Shown one piece after another: positions 22,240 to 35,739 of a DNA stretch of 37,669 bases. Each line of letters begins with the position of its first letter. Position 1 is the stretch's first letter. The notes under the pieces are model-generated. The model did not search any database. It saw only the letters and a list, made by a program, of their open reading frames with translations, and was not told the origin of the DNA. Both the position numbers and the translations under genes were made by a program. The DNA is taken from the NCBI GenBank assembly GCA_002245135.1, contig NGBS01001215.1:1-37669 (forward strand), given 5' to 3'. The stretch comes from Proteromonas lacertae. Its lineage: Eukaryota.

Positions 22240-22549
22240 ATTGTTCCATATAAGAGGTTAACTTCATTGAATAAATCAACAGCTATAGTTCTAAATAATT
22301 AATAATACTATTAGCAGCAATCCACTCATTTCTATCTTCACCAGCTGGTAGTTTTACTGCTCCTTTTATATCACCACTATTGAAAAATATATCAATATAA
22401 TTATTTTTACCTTCCTAATGTAGCTTGAGCAAAACGATGTAAATCATATCGTTTTGTTCCTTGTGCAAATCCTTTTTTAGGTCGAAATGTTTTATTTTTA
22501 TCTCTAGTAAATAAATGAGAAAAACATACATTCCAAATAACTTTTGCAT
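22236..22549 (-). pseudogene. MOB1: 3'-truncated MOB kinase activator 1, 4 exons
   Basis: Spliced (3 introns) MQKLFGIDKNKTFRPKK...[45 protein letters not shown]; similarity ends abruptly at the neighbouring gene's stop codon. Missed by the ORF track. Confidence 0.9.
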
Positions 22550-22623
22550 CGTAAGATTTTTAGATTTCTAAAAAATGACTCACAAGCTTTTTTCAAGCTA
22601 GAATTATTAATTTTTGAATTTTA

Positions 22624-24017
22624 ATGGATATTAAAGAGTTATTTGTTGATAATCCTACACTTGAGTGTGTTAATGATTCAGTAATGGGGAGATATTTGAT
22701 AGTATGATATAAGATTAATCAAATTATTAGACTAAAAGAGATATAAAGGTAGGTGAAGTTGTATTGGAAGAAGAACCATTTGTATCAATACTTGAAAAAG
22801 ACTATTGGGAGAGTAACTGTAGTAATTGTTTCAAACATAAAGATTATTTGAGTAGTTGTTCTCAATGTCATAAAGTTCGTTATTGTAGTCGAGAATGTCA
22901 AGTATATATAAACAGATATTGTGATATTAATAATAAATAGAAAGAAGACTGGTTATTTCATAAATGTGAATGTGTTAAACTAATAAATCATTCAATATCT
23001 TCATCTTCTTCAAATAGCATTTTAGACACAATTGATATAGATTTACTATTATCTCGAATCTATCGACATAAAGAGTATATAATAATAATATATAATGAAA
23101 ATAGAATGAAAAGTGAAAAATATGAAAATTTCTGTATGTTAATTGATCATAGTTTAAATTTCAGTGAAGAATTTCTAAAAGATATAATCAATCAAATCAA
23201 TCGAATAAATAAGCTAACAATCAGTCAAAATCTAGAAAGTAATGAATTAATTCATATATTTGGTCGATATAGTAGTAATGCAATTCATATAACAAATGAA
23301 AATAATGAAAGTTTAGGAATTGGAATCTATTTGAAATTTTCATTTATAAATCACAGTTGTTATCCAAATTGTATAATAAAATTCGATCAGAATAAGAAAA
23401 TAAAAGTTGTTTGTATAAACAGTATAAAGAAAGGTGAAATGATAAGTTTTAATTATTTGAGTGAATTAAGCTTATTGGAAGAAAGACAAGAAACATTAAA
23501 ATCGTTATATTATTTTGATTGTAATTGCTATTTATGTGATTGTGAAAAGAAAGAAGAAAATGATAGTAAAATAAGTGTAGATATAATGGTTAAAATGAAA
23601 GAAATTATGAATAGTGAAATCCACAATTCAAATATAGAAGAATTATATAATAAAAGTAAAGAAATATATGATATAATCTATTCAATGATAGGAGATATTC
23701 CTTCTATATATTATATTTTAATAACTAATCGAATATTATATTTATTATCCTTATCTGTATTGAAGAATAAGAATATTGAAATAATAAAATATTGTGAATT
23801 AAGTTATAAATCGTTATTGAAATATTATCCTCCATTTCATCCAATAATTGGTAAAAGATATTTAATGCATGGAAATGCTTTGATAGGAGTTGGTAATTAT
23901 AAAGATAGTAAGATGTATTATATGAAAAGTAAAATAATCTTTCGAAATATAGAAGGAAATGAAAGTGAATATGTGAAAAGTATAGATGAAGTATTGAAAT
24001 TAATAAATAATAAATAG
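22624..24017 (+). CDS. SMYD-family SET and MYND domain lysine methyltransferase, 4 exons
   Basis: MGRYLI/TKRDIKVGEVVLEE, MYND CSNC..CSQC..YCSRECQKEDW..HKCEC, SFINHSCYPN, YYFDCNCYLC, TPR-like tail. Confidence 0.92.
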
Positions 24018-24054
24018 TATAAAATGAAATATATTTTATAAGTAATAATAATTT

Positions 24055-26736
24055 CTAATTAGCATGAGCTTGTCTTCTTTGTTGAGCTTTCATTACAATA
24101 TCTTCATTCTTCTTTTCAGCAGCTTTACTTGTACTTGTTGTGATCTTTCCATTACTTTCATCGATTATTAAAGGTCTTGTCCAAGCTTCTCCACTTTTAG
24201 GTTTTTGATTTTTAAAATCTCTAAAACATTCTACCCATTTCTTTGCTGTTTCTATACTGTTTTCACCTTCTACTTTTAAATGAATCTTTCGATCTTTATC
24301 ACCTGCCTCAAACGATTTGATTGAAGAATCTCGAACTTTCAATAATAAGGTAAATTCTGAACTTCCATCTTTATATTCAATTCCATTATAACAATCTAAT
24401 GGAATACTTTGTTTCTCATCTAAATACACTTTGCCATAATAACTAGGAACCATTGAATCATAGATTCTTAAAATAGCTGGTTCAAAATATAATACACAAT
24501 ATCTTCGCTGCCATTTTCCTAATACTCGATCTCGACCTTCTTTCAATAAATAGCCTTCCATTATTACTTCATAACTAAATGGTTTATAAATATCATCATC
24601 ACTTATTCCATTTTCTTGTTTGATTTTTTCGATTGGAATTACAGTTTCCATTATCTTTTCACTCTTTTCTATATCTTTCTTTGAATTGCCACTTACACCA
24701 CTTGATTTTGATCCACTACTTGAAACAGATACAACTATTATTGCTATTATTATTCCTATTAATAAAACACCTCCTACACATATTATTAATATCACCCACC
24801 AATATTCTTCTGCCCAAGACTTTTCCTCTTGCTGTAAAGAGAATACTACTGGATGTGAATAAATATTCAATCGAACTGGTAATGAAATATTATCGAAAAA
24901 ATCTTCTGTTGCTGTAATTCCCATTTCAATATCCAAAAAAATAGAAAATTGTGATGATATTTCTGCTACTTTTTGTGGTAATAGTTCAGCTACTTCAGTT
25001 ATTCTGTTTAATAATTCAGGCGATTTCTTTAAAAACAATTTTAGTTCTTCTGAAAGTGTGTTATATATTATTCTTTTCTTTTCTATAATGTTAGTTACTA
25101 ACTGTATTTCTGGAACTGCTGTTGGATTTACATATGATAAAAGTGTATTAATGTAAACATATGGTGATGATAATAATTTCCAATTAGCATCATCATATGA
25201 TTGAATAAATGTCGTTTTATATATTCCACTGTATAAATTACTCTCAAAACTATATAAGAATACTTTATATTCATTAAATATTACTGTTATACTTATTTGT
25301 CCTAAAGATTGAGTTTTCTCTGTAATATAAAAATTAGTATTATTAAATACATAAGTTTTAAGTATATCTAGATATTGTTTAGCAAAAAATTGCCATAAAT
25401 TATCTTTCATGATGCTCTTTTTGATGAATTTAAACTTTACATTTAGTATTCTACATGATTCGCCGAACATGTTGTATCTTTTACAACATACCCCATTCGC
25501 ATCAGCTAGTTCATTATTATTACAAAAATATTGAAATTTATCAGCACGGTAAAACATCCAATAATCAATTTCTTTTTTATTGGATTTATATCTATGATCT
25601 TCTATCTTTACTTCTGGTATAATAAAAAACTCTTTTTTAATAATCTTGAACATGTTAATATCTTTACCTGATGAAGTAATTGTCATTGTAACCTTTTGTA
25701 TTTTATTACCTTTCGAATTACAAAACAAGTATCGAAATGAAAATGATGACAAATATGGATTGAAATATTCTTCTCCATAGTATGAAACATTACACATATA
25801 ATCATCACCTTTATCAAATGATATATTTGCAGTATATCCACTCATATTTACTCCTGTTGGAAAGTCTAATTTAATATCAATTGAGAATTCTTTTCCTGTT
25901 AATACAGTCACCGGGTATGTACTTTTGGCAGCGTTGTAGGTTGGTTTGTTATTACTCACTTTAATTGATAATGACGTATAGCTTTCTCTAAATTTGTCTC
26001 CACCGCCACTAATTGAGCATATAACATTACATAATGAATAATTAGATTGAAATTTTGTATCAACAATTACAACGCCATTGCTGTATGTTGTTATGTAATT
26101 TTTGTCATTATTACTACAACTTATTGTATAGCTAATTGATAAACCATCTTTATAACTTATTGAAGGTTTTATTTCTTTATTGCCTTCATTTTGCATATAT
26201 AAATAAAAAAGCTTTTGGTAATAACATGGTGTTGGCTCTCTTAAATATTTGGGAGTTATACATGGTCCATAATCATATTCTGTGTATTTCTTTATACTAT
26301 CATAAAAACTAACTAAATCATTCAATTTAATTAGCTTTTTTATTCCTTTCCAATACATTTTATTATCATTTTTATCATCATAGGTTACTCTAATCGTCAT
26401 ATTACGCTTAATCATATTGTTTAATTCTCTTTCGCTTTTATTATATGGAAATTCACTAACTTCAACGTTTTTGCATCTCTTTTTTTCTGTATTCTCTTCA
26501 AATGCTATTTTTATATAGTCTTTAATGTTTTTATCGTTCTTTTGGTGCCATTTTCTATCCACTGCTTTTCGTGTTGATAATGGTATTGTTTTGTAGTAGT
26601 GGCATGCTTGGAAATTGATACTAATTGTTGCTCCTGATTCACATAGCCAAAACTTACATAAACTCATTGTAATGTAGAAATGAACTATATAAAAGAAATC
26701 TTATCATATACATATAAGTAAAGAATAACTCTTCAT
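24055..26736 (-). CDS. type I membrane protein with large ectodomain and cytosolic PH domain
   Basis: 870-aa ORF plus an upstream mini-exon (ATG 26736) giving a signal peptide; TM WWVILIICVGGVLLIGIIIAIIVV; PH MEGYLLKEG..KWQRRYCVL...AKKWVECF. Confidence 0.8.
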
Positions 26737-26861
26737 ATATAATTCACTTTAAGTATAAACTAAAAAAGTGAAAATGGTAACTCTTGGGTGTAATTTACGG
26801 TTATAAAATTATGAATTTTTCATTACATTTCTTTTTATTTAAAAAGAAGAATATAAATTTC

Positions 26862-27744
26862 ATGTATATTGTTATTACAGTTACATTTTTATTTTTGATT
26901 ACCTATTTCGTGTTGGTAGATAGATCAAACAAATGTAATATGGAAAAGAATCTAATAGACTTGGTTGCAGTAACTAGTAGTGTATTTAGTAAGCATAATA
27001 TTACATTTTACATAATATCAGGTATAAGTAGATGTTTTATGAAATTAGGTACTTTAATAGGGTATATGAGAAACAACAGATTACCATCACAAGATTTTGA
27101 TGTAGATGCGGTGATAAATCCAGAAGATTATGATAGAATAATGTCACTTCAATCTGAGTTTAATTCATTAGGATATACCTTATATGGTATAAATGATGTA
27201 TTGCCTTATACATTTCTCAGAAGATATTTTCCACATCGACTAAAAAAAGTCACAATTCGAATATATAATAATAAAAGTCAATATTATATAGAATTATATG
27301 ATGGTTATTATGTTGCTCCGAATGAGGTATACATTTATTTATGAAGAATATTATTAGATTGAAAATATAATATCAAAAAATAAAGGTGTTAATCTTCCTC
27401 ATAATTATAACATTAGCGAAAGTTATATATGTATAGGAAGGAAAATTATATCAACATCCACAACTGTATGTCATTATTACAAAGATACATATCCACTAAA
27501 GAAAGTAGTTGCATTTCCCGAGAAAATAACTATATATATTCCTAACAATGCTCATAATACTTTAATACAATATTATGGAAAAGATTATATCATTCCTCAA
27601 GCAAAAGGATATAAAGCCATAGTGTGTATAATATATAAATTAGTTGTTGTTATAATAGGCTCTGTTAACCCAAAAATTGCGTGCATTTTAATTTTATTTG
27701 CATATATAATAGTTTTATATATGTTTAAACTGTTTGGAATGTAA
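26862..27744 (+). CDS. LicD/fukutin-family phosphotransferase (nucleotidyltransferase fold)
   Basis: After removing the in-frame 27-nt intron 27022-27048: IISGTLIGYMRNNRLPSQDFDVD; last exon YPLK..IYIPNNA..LIQYYGKDYIIP; signal anchor and hydrophobic C-terminus. Confidence 0.85.
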
Positions 27745-27963
27745 TATTAGTTTTTGTTTGATTGTGTTTATTGTTATATAATTAATATCTATTATTAATA
27801 AATCATATTACAAGTATGCTTTTTATATTTAATATATTTTATTATTATAAACTAGAAAAACTAGAAATATCTATAGAAATTTCTAGGGGAAAAAACTAGA
27901 AATTTCTAGAAATCTATATATATGATAAACAAACAAATAAGTATAATTAAAATTATTAAAAAA

Positions 27964-29026
27964 TCATGTAATTTTTATATATTCTGTAATTACTAGCAAT
28001 ATAGTAATTAAAACTATAGCGCCTGTCTTTTTATCAAAACCTCCTGTTTCAGTTCCTCTTCCAAATGATAATGGCTTGACTAAAACTCTTCCTAATATAT
28101 CACCAATCATAAAAGTAACAAAACCAAATATAGCATCTAATATATAATGATTTGCTGTTACGATTATAACAAATAAGGTGTATATTGGATGAAGGGATAT
28201 TAGAAAAATAAAATAACTATTTGGACATAATGGATAGAGAGAATAAAAACACCATAAACTCCATCCAAAATGCAATGAAGGCATTGCTGCATAATAATTA
28301 CTTCGATCTGCCATTCTCTTACTTTTCCAATTCAAAGGACCACCAAATATTTCTAAACTATCCACAAACGTATAATTCTTATCACATCCTCCATAATGAT
28401 TATCACATGTTGTTAATAATCGAGGAGGCATTAATGGATATACAATGAACCCAATTAAACCAATGGTAGTCATCAACATAAAACTGTTTCTTCTCTTTTG
28501 ATAATATCTTGGAAATAGAAAAAATAACACAATAATTATTCCAAATGTAATAATACTATGACCTAACACATAATAAACATTGAAGTATTTCATCAAAGTT
28601 GGATATTTCACAAAATAATTCTATTATATAAAAAACATTTAAAGTATAATTTACTTGAATATTCTCTTCTATAAAGAAATGAAATATTATTTCAATTTTA
28701 ATAACCTTTAATGCATTATGGTATGCATATTCAGCAGAAACAGCTTCAGATCCAAACATATTTCTTACTTTACCATAGCTACACATATAAAATAGTTTAA
28801 AAATACATCGAATAAAATCCTCTTACAATAATCATTTCTATTATGAATTGAACTACTAATTTAAAAGAAAATTGTGGTATTTCGAAGTTATCAGCATACC
28901 ATTTTCTCACTTTACTTAATTTTGTCTCTTTTAATTTATTTTCTCCTGTAGAAACAGGTAGATATTCATTTTTCTATTACATTATAATATTGATGTTACT
29001 TTTAACTTTGATTTAATGAATATCAT
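27964..29026 (-). CDS. inositolphosphorylceramide synthase/AUR1-like PAP2 membrane protein, 4 exons
   Basis: PLMPPRL, YAAMPSLHFGWS, TANHYILDA motifs; three introns link ATG 29026 to the ORFs. Confidence 0.85.
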
Positions 29027-29748
29027 TATAGAATAAATAGAAGTGTAGTAAATAAATAGAAAATATACTTAATTTAAGCCTATTTTTATAAAAAGTATAA
29101 ACTCATTATTTGGTAGATAAATTTCATATTTAAAAATATAGATATATATAATTACTGTTAATCTAATCATTCTAGAAGTTATAAACCATTTTGTAGATTA
29201 TATCTCATTTTGATCTTTATAATCACCTCGGATTTATATAAAAGGATTGAGATATATATGAAGCTAATGATCTATCAAAATGTTCTACCAAATTAACTGT
29301 GTATTAATTAATGAATATATTAGTTTTAAACACAAAAAAGAATTATATTACTTATTATTTTGTGAATTATAGTAACAATTTATTTCTCTTTTATCTGTTA
29401 CAAAGATTATTGAATGATAAACGCTAAATGAAACAATTTGAAATGAAATATATTAATAAAACAACCTATACCATATTTATATTAAATATACATAATAATC
29501 ATAACTATAACACATTAATTCCATCATATATCATCACTGTACCTTTTATTCACTAATCACACCTATTCATTGATTATATAACCTCTATTTTAAAGATATT
29601 ATGCAATAGTTCTATTTTTTAGAATATACACATCCGATAGAACTGCATATTGATGTAAATTTAATCATTCTTATTATATAGGTTTGATTCTCTCAAATAT
29701 TCGAGCCAAACTTTTGAAAATACTTTTTTCAATTTTTAAGAGAGAATT

Positions 29749-31468
29749 ATGAATAATAGATGTAGAAAAAGTAATAAACGTTTGAAGAATACATGTACAA
29801 ATATTATTGGAAATTTTTATTTAACTGCTAAAGATCAAACACAAATTACTGACAAAGATATGATAAGATGTCAAATTTGTGATAATAGATATATTTATAA
29901 TTCAAATGATTCTATGGTATTTGTTCAATGTACAAAATGCCATAATTGGTTTCATTCAAAGTGTCTTCAATTTTCTTACAGTTTAATAACAAAAAATACA
30001 CCTTCAATATATAAAGAAGGTTTGTGGTATTGCAAACAGTGTTATGTAACAAATAATCTATTTCCTATTAAATCTACAGTTTTATATGAAATTCAAGTAA
30101 TAAGAAACAAGAAAATAATTGAAAGTGAATTCTATTTACAATCAGCAGCATTGGAACAAATTGAACAACATAATAAATTAGTTTATTTAGTATTTTTTAA
30201 TACTTATAAATGTGAATTATCAGAAATTCCTCATAATTCAACAATTCAAATAAATGCTACTGCTACACAAACTGTATATATATAAATAATAATATTATTA
30301 TTATTATGTTATAGCTAAAAAATAAAATGAACGTTACTAATTTAGTGGAAGAATTTAATAGAATAAATGTTGAGTTTGGTATCTCACTTTTTACAAGTGA
30401 TGTTATTGGATTATTTGTATTAGTTGACAGTAATATAAAACCAAATATTGAGGATGTATAATTAAATATTAATATAATAATAATAATAGTTAGCTCATTG
30501 TGCAATATCTGAAGATATGAAATTAATAAATAGTTTTTTTGATCTTAAAACAGAAAAGAAAGAATATTCTGATGTTGTAAGTTTAATAGATGACAAAGAA
30601 AGTATAATAACAATTGATGATGATGAAGATGATGATGAAATAGAAATGTGTAATGAATATATTTCATTATCAATTAGATGTCCTTTAGGAATGAATGTAA
30701 TAGAAACTCCAGTAAAAGGTAAGAATTGTCATCATTTAGAAGTATATATATATAATTATTTATAATGTATATTAGTGTTTTGATTTTAACACTTATTTCA
30801 CTTTTAATTCAAATATAGCAAAATGGAAATGTCCTGTATGTAATAAAGAATGTAATGCTTCAATGTTAGTGATTGATGATTTAATGAATAATATATTGAG
30901 AAAAATAAAAAGTAATAAAACTATAAAGTCAAAAGAAACAGTAAAAAGTGAAAGTGAAAGTGAAAGTGAAGATGATAATTATGTTGAGTATATTCGTATT
31001 TATAAAGATGGAAGATGTGAATTAGATAATAATATGACAATAGAAAATCCATTTGATGAAGCAATCCCCAATGATATAAAAAGTGAAAATAAAGATGAAG
31101 ATAATGATGATTTAGAAAAACAATCACCAATTACAGTTATGGAAATAGCAAAGAAAAATGAACAAACGACAAAGAAAGTGAGAAAATCAAAATCAAAAGA
31201 AAAGAAAAGTGAAAAAATCAAAAGCAATGATGAATGTATTGAAAGAAAAGGGAAAAACTTGTTTAATAGAAATGATGAGAAGAAGGATATGGTTAAACTG
31301 TCAATAATATATGATAATGGAAAATGTCATCCAAACGACAAAACCTCGTTGATTAATACACATAGATATGAGCTTAGAAGTTTAAGTAACAAAAGGAGAA
31401 AAATAGAAAATGAAGTGAAATTGAGTGAATCTGGAGAATATAATAACAATTACTCAGATTTTGAGTAA
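29749..31468 (+). CDS. SIZ/PIAS-type SUMO E3 ligase (PHD finger + SP-RING/zf-MIZ), 4 exons
   Basis: PHD CQIC..VQCTKCHNWFHSKC..WYCKQC; SP-RING SIRCPL..PVKGKNCHHLE/CFD..WKCPVC; SIM-like IITIDDDED. Confidence 0.88.
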
Positions 31469-31550
31469 TAAATATACATAAATTTAAATGTATTTTATGT
31501 TATTCTTCCTTAAAAACACACATTAACTATATAATCATTATTAACAATAC

Positions 31551-32423
31551 TTAACTTCTATATGGTACTAATTGTAAACCAAGACTATCTTCTGGATGTT
31601 GTTCTTTATACATATCCATTAATCCCTTGTAATATTTCACTGTCTTTACGTGTAATTCTAATGTTGCATCTTCATCACATACAATCACAGCTCTTGGGTG
31701 GTTTTGTAATGCAGAAATAGTCCACATATGAGAAACACCTTCTTCAATTCCTTTTTGTAAGGCAACTGCTTTATTTGAACCATTTACCAATAATAATACT
31801 TCACGAGCATCACAGATTGTTGCTACACCAACTGTAACAGCTGTTTTTGGAACTTTGTTCACATCATTGTCGAAGAATCTAGAATTAGCTTTGATTGTAT
31901 CAAATGTTAAAGTCTTTGGTCTTGTTCTTGAGCTTAAGCTTGAACCTGGTTCATTAAAAGCAATATGACCATCTGGACCAACTCCTCCCATGAATAATTC
32001 AATTCCTCCAAAACTCTTTATCTTTTCTTCATATCTCCTGCATTCAGCTTCTAAATCTTCAGCATTTCCATTTAAGATGTTGGTGTTTTCTTTCTTAATA
32101 TCAATGTGACTGAAGAAGTTAGACCACATGAATGTGTAATAGCTTTGTTCGTGTGTCTGTGGAATTCCACAATACTCATCCATATTGAATGAAACTACAT
32201 TTTGAAAAGATACTTTCTTTTGTTTGTTAAATTCAATCAATTGCTAAAAAATGATAGATGGTAATAAGCATACTTTGTAAACACCAAGTGGTGAACTTCC
32301 AGTTGGTAATCCAATAACAAATGGTTTTTCTGGGGTTGGTTTGAAGTCGTTAATTCTCTTAACGATGTATGATGCAGCCCAGTAGCTCATCTTTTCATAA
32401 TCAGGTTGAATAATGAGACGCAT
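31551..32423 (-). CDS. GNPDA: glucosamine-6-phosphate deaminase (NagB family), 2 exons
   Basis: [40 protein letters not shown]; 30-nt intron 32244-32273. Confidence 0.97.
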
Positions 32424-32651
32424 GATGAATTAGAGTAAGATATAGAGTTTAGAAAAAAAGAACAAATCCAAAGCTACTTAAATAGGAATGACATTTATTT
32501 TAAGCCTAACTCTTTTTCAAATTTCAAAATTTCTATTAATAAGAAATACATGGAAGATATAGAAAATAAAAATAAGTCAATCTTGTTGATAATAACCGAT
32601 TGCTTCAATAAAAACAACAAATAGTGAAATTCAATATTTAATTTCTTTGAT

Positions 32652-33955
32652 CTATTTATTTATAATATTAACATGAAATGATTTAGGTGCTATATATTCA
32701 GAATATATAATTAATCATTTATATATTATACATGGCGGTTTATTTTTATTATACAATGGTGGTTTTGGAATGAATACTTCAGTTTTATTTTCATTAACAT
32801 TGTTTGTTTTTATCCACCTTTTTCTAAACCTTGTACTGACAATAGATTTTGAAGAATCTGATCTATTGAATTTTGAAGTTATCTTCTTTTGAGTTTGACT
32901 TTCATTACTTCCAATGTTATGCAATATAATACATTTATTATGTACACAACATAAATGAGGAATTAAGCTCATATCTGGTAATTCTGATAAATGTTCATCA
33001 TCAGAGTATAAAGATTTGCCTTTACCATTAATCCATTTATTATAAAACAACTTAACTTCAGGATAAGAGAGAATTTCGTTAATAGTAGGTCTATCATTGG
33101 GTTCTATTGATAATAATTTATTGACTATATTTATTAATATCTGAGGAAATGACTGGTTTATCGGCTGTCTCTACATATATATGTTTAGTATAATAATTTA
33201 TGTACTTTACCACTCATGATTGAATAAACGATGGTTGATAAATTATCACCTTCAAATGGATGTGATAATGTTAATAATTCATACATTATACAACCTAAAC
33301 CCCACAAATCAGTTTTATAATTGTAATTGTGGTTTTGACATATCTCTGGACTTAGATAGCATGGTGTACCTACAACACTATTGAGTAATTCATCCTAATA
33401 ATAATAGATATTAACATAAAAAATGAAATACAGAGTTTGTAACTGATTTTGAAATTCCAAAATCTGATATTTTGATTATATCTCCTTCAATTCCACTTAA
33501 TAGAATATTTGCAGGTTTTAAATCTCTATGAATTACCTTCTGGGAATGTATATATTTCAATCCAATCAGCATCTGAATAAAACTATTCCATATAAACTGA
33601 AGAGGTATTGTTTCTTTGATTTGCTTATGTTTTTTGATTAATGATTGTAAAGAACCATTAGATGCATATTCCATAACTATGCAACACATATCTGAAGAAA
33701 TGAAATGATCATAGTATTGAATAATATTTGGATGTTTCAATCTAGAGAGTATATTAATTTCTTTTGTCATATCCTTTGAATTGGAACTGCTTAATTCTCC
33801 TATACTCCATATAATCTTCTTAATAACCACTACTTTATCTATTTTCAAAAAGATGAATAAAAAAGAGAATAAAAACTATCTGATTTTCTAATTGCCATCT
33901 TGCACACAGCAGATGAACCTGTTCCAATATCTTTTATTACTTCATAACCTTCCAT
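32652..33955 (-). CDS. NIMA-related (NEK) Ser/Thr protein kinase
   Basis: IGTGSS, VVIKKI, HPNIIQY, IHRDLKPANIL, DFG, VGTPCYLSPEICQ, DLWGLG; at least 3 introns; 3' end is either 32715 or 32652. Confidence 0.9.
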
Positions 33956-34032
33956 TTTTGATAATGAAAAAACACGATTTTCAAATATTTGACCGTTTCA
34001 GTTTTGATAAATTTGAAATATTGAAATTTATA

Positions 34033-35374
34033 ATGACTACACAAAGTGTTGGTATTATTTTAATGAATATACATTAGGAAATACACTTGAAAATTATTTG
34101 AAAATTGTTCAAAGTTCATCAACTTGGAATGATTCGAAAGTATATATACTAATAAATTATATTATATTATATTATAGGAAGCTCTGGTGAAAATACTAGT
34201 TATAATTGCTAAACAATTAATAATTCAATTAAATTCGAAAATCTCAAATACAACTTCATTAACACCACTAAATATTGAAAAGAAAATGGTAGAATTAGAG
34301 CATGAGATAAATAATTTAAAATCTGTAAATATTGATAAAATGTTATTCAAACATGATCAAATATTGAATATTTTAGATAGTCATGCTAAATCAACAACAG
34401 AAATGTTACAATCTGTAAATAAAGACATTGAGAAAGTTCAAAACACACAAATTCATCTTAAAGAAAGTGAAGATAAGAATAAGCAAGAAATAATAGAGAT
34501 TAAATCATCAGTATCTTTCATTATAATTAATATGTGAAATAGATAAAAGAATTATCAGAAAAACTACATTCTTTAGAAAAATCATTTAGTAATAGTAGTA
34601 ACTCCAATAAAATAATAACAGAAAATGCAAATAACATTTGTGATTTGAACTACAAGATTTCAGAATTGAAACAACAATATAGTATAATTGAAAATGGAAT
34701 AAACATTATAAATGAAGGTGTAGAAACAACAAGGAATGATGTGATGAAAATAATGGATGAAAATATAACAAATATATTTGAGAAAATAAAAAAGTGTGAA
34801 AGTGATATTCAAAGAATAATTGTATTTAACAAAAAGAACAATCTAACATATTCTCATAATAATAATAACAATATACCATTGTTTGATGATAATTTAAAAT
34901 CATCATCAACAAACTCAACAAAGATGTATTCACTTCCAAAAGATTATGAGGAAGTTGTAAAAGAATGGAAAAAGAAGAAATCAAAATTTGAAGATATTCA
35001 GAAATCATCAAATTCACAACTAAAAGCCATAAGAAATGAAATTGAATTGTTAGAAAAGGATTGTGAAAATTATAGATTAATGAGTGAAAATGGAAATAGT
35101 AAAATTGAGAGATTGAAATATCAAGAGAAATATAAAGAGAAATTAAGAGAGATTGAGAAGAAAAAAGCTTTATTAAAATCAATATATAAAAAGAAAATGA
35201 GTGATAGTGATTCAAGTCTAGAAAAATCGTATTAATAAGTAATTTGTTTATATTATTATTATTAGGATTGAAGAAGAAGTTGAAATAGCTCAAAAGTTTC
35301 ACATCGATGGAATGACAAGAAAAGAAGCTATTCAAGAGTTTGAAACAAGATATGGGAAAATTAATACCTCTTAA
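34033..35374 (+). CDS. coiled-coil hypothetical protein, 5 exons
   Basis: Four GT-AG introns join ATG 34033, ORFs 34187 and 34645, and a last exon (IEEEVEIAQKF...KINTS*) in frame. Confidence 0.7.
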
Positions 35375-35468
35375 GTAAATTATTCTTTTTATCTTATGTT
35401 GATTTTTATTCTTAATACATACATCCAAACAAATAAAAGCATCTCAAATCATAAAGATGTAAAAATAA

Positions 35469-35706
35469 TTAGTTTGTAATCGAATTTCTGAAAAATACAA
35501 AATAGATCAGGAGTATAAATGCTGAAAAAAATGTAGCACCAGCACATAAACCAAATTTGGAAGGTCTATCAAAATCAGTCTTTAATATTGGAGCTTCTTC
35601 TTGGTGCTTCTTTCTTTGTTTCAGCACATCGCGTGCTTCTTCGATAGCTATAAAATAAAATAAGGTTTGGAATACGATCAATTTCAACTGGCTTTGTTCG
35701 AACCAT
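35469..35706 (-). CDS. 69-aa tail-anchored membrane protein, 2 exons
   Basis: MVRTKPVEID/PIEEARDVLKQRKK...GATFFSAFILLIYFVFFRNSITN; 28-nt intron 35648-35675; TTTGTTTG downstream. Confidence 0.65.
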
Positions 35707-35739
35707 CTCAAGCTATATTTTGAATTAAAATCGGTTATT

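Noticed and set aside
30945..30970. (GAAAGT)n tandem repeat
   Set aside because: Ordinary coding microsatellite (ESESES) within the SUMO ligase.
34826..35428. 200-aa minus-strand ORF and similar shadow ORFs (1146, 6683, 11945, 12310, 12568, 13762, 24620, 24633, 28221, 30263, 30921, 31000, 33892, 37016, 37420)
   Set aside because: Antisense or alternate-frame shadows of better-supported genes, with low-complexity F/L/I/Y composition.
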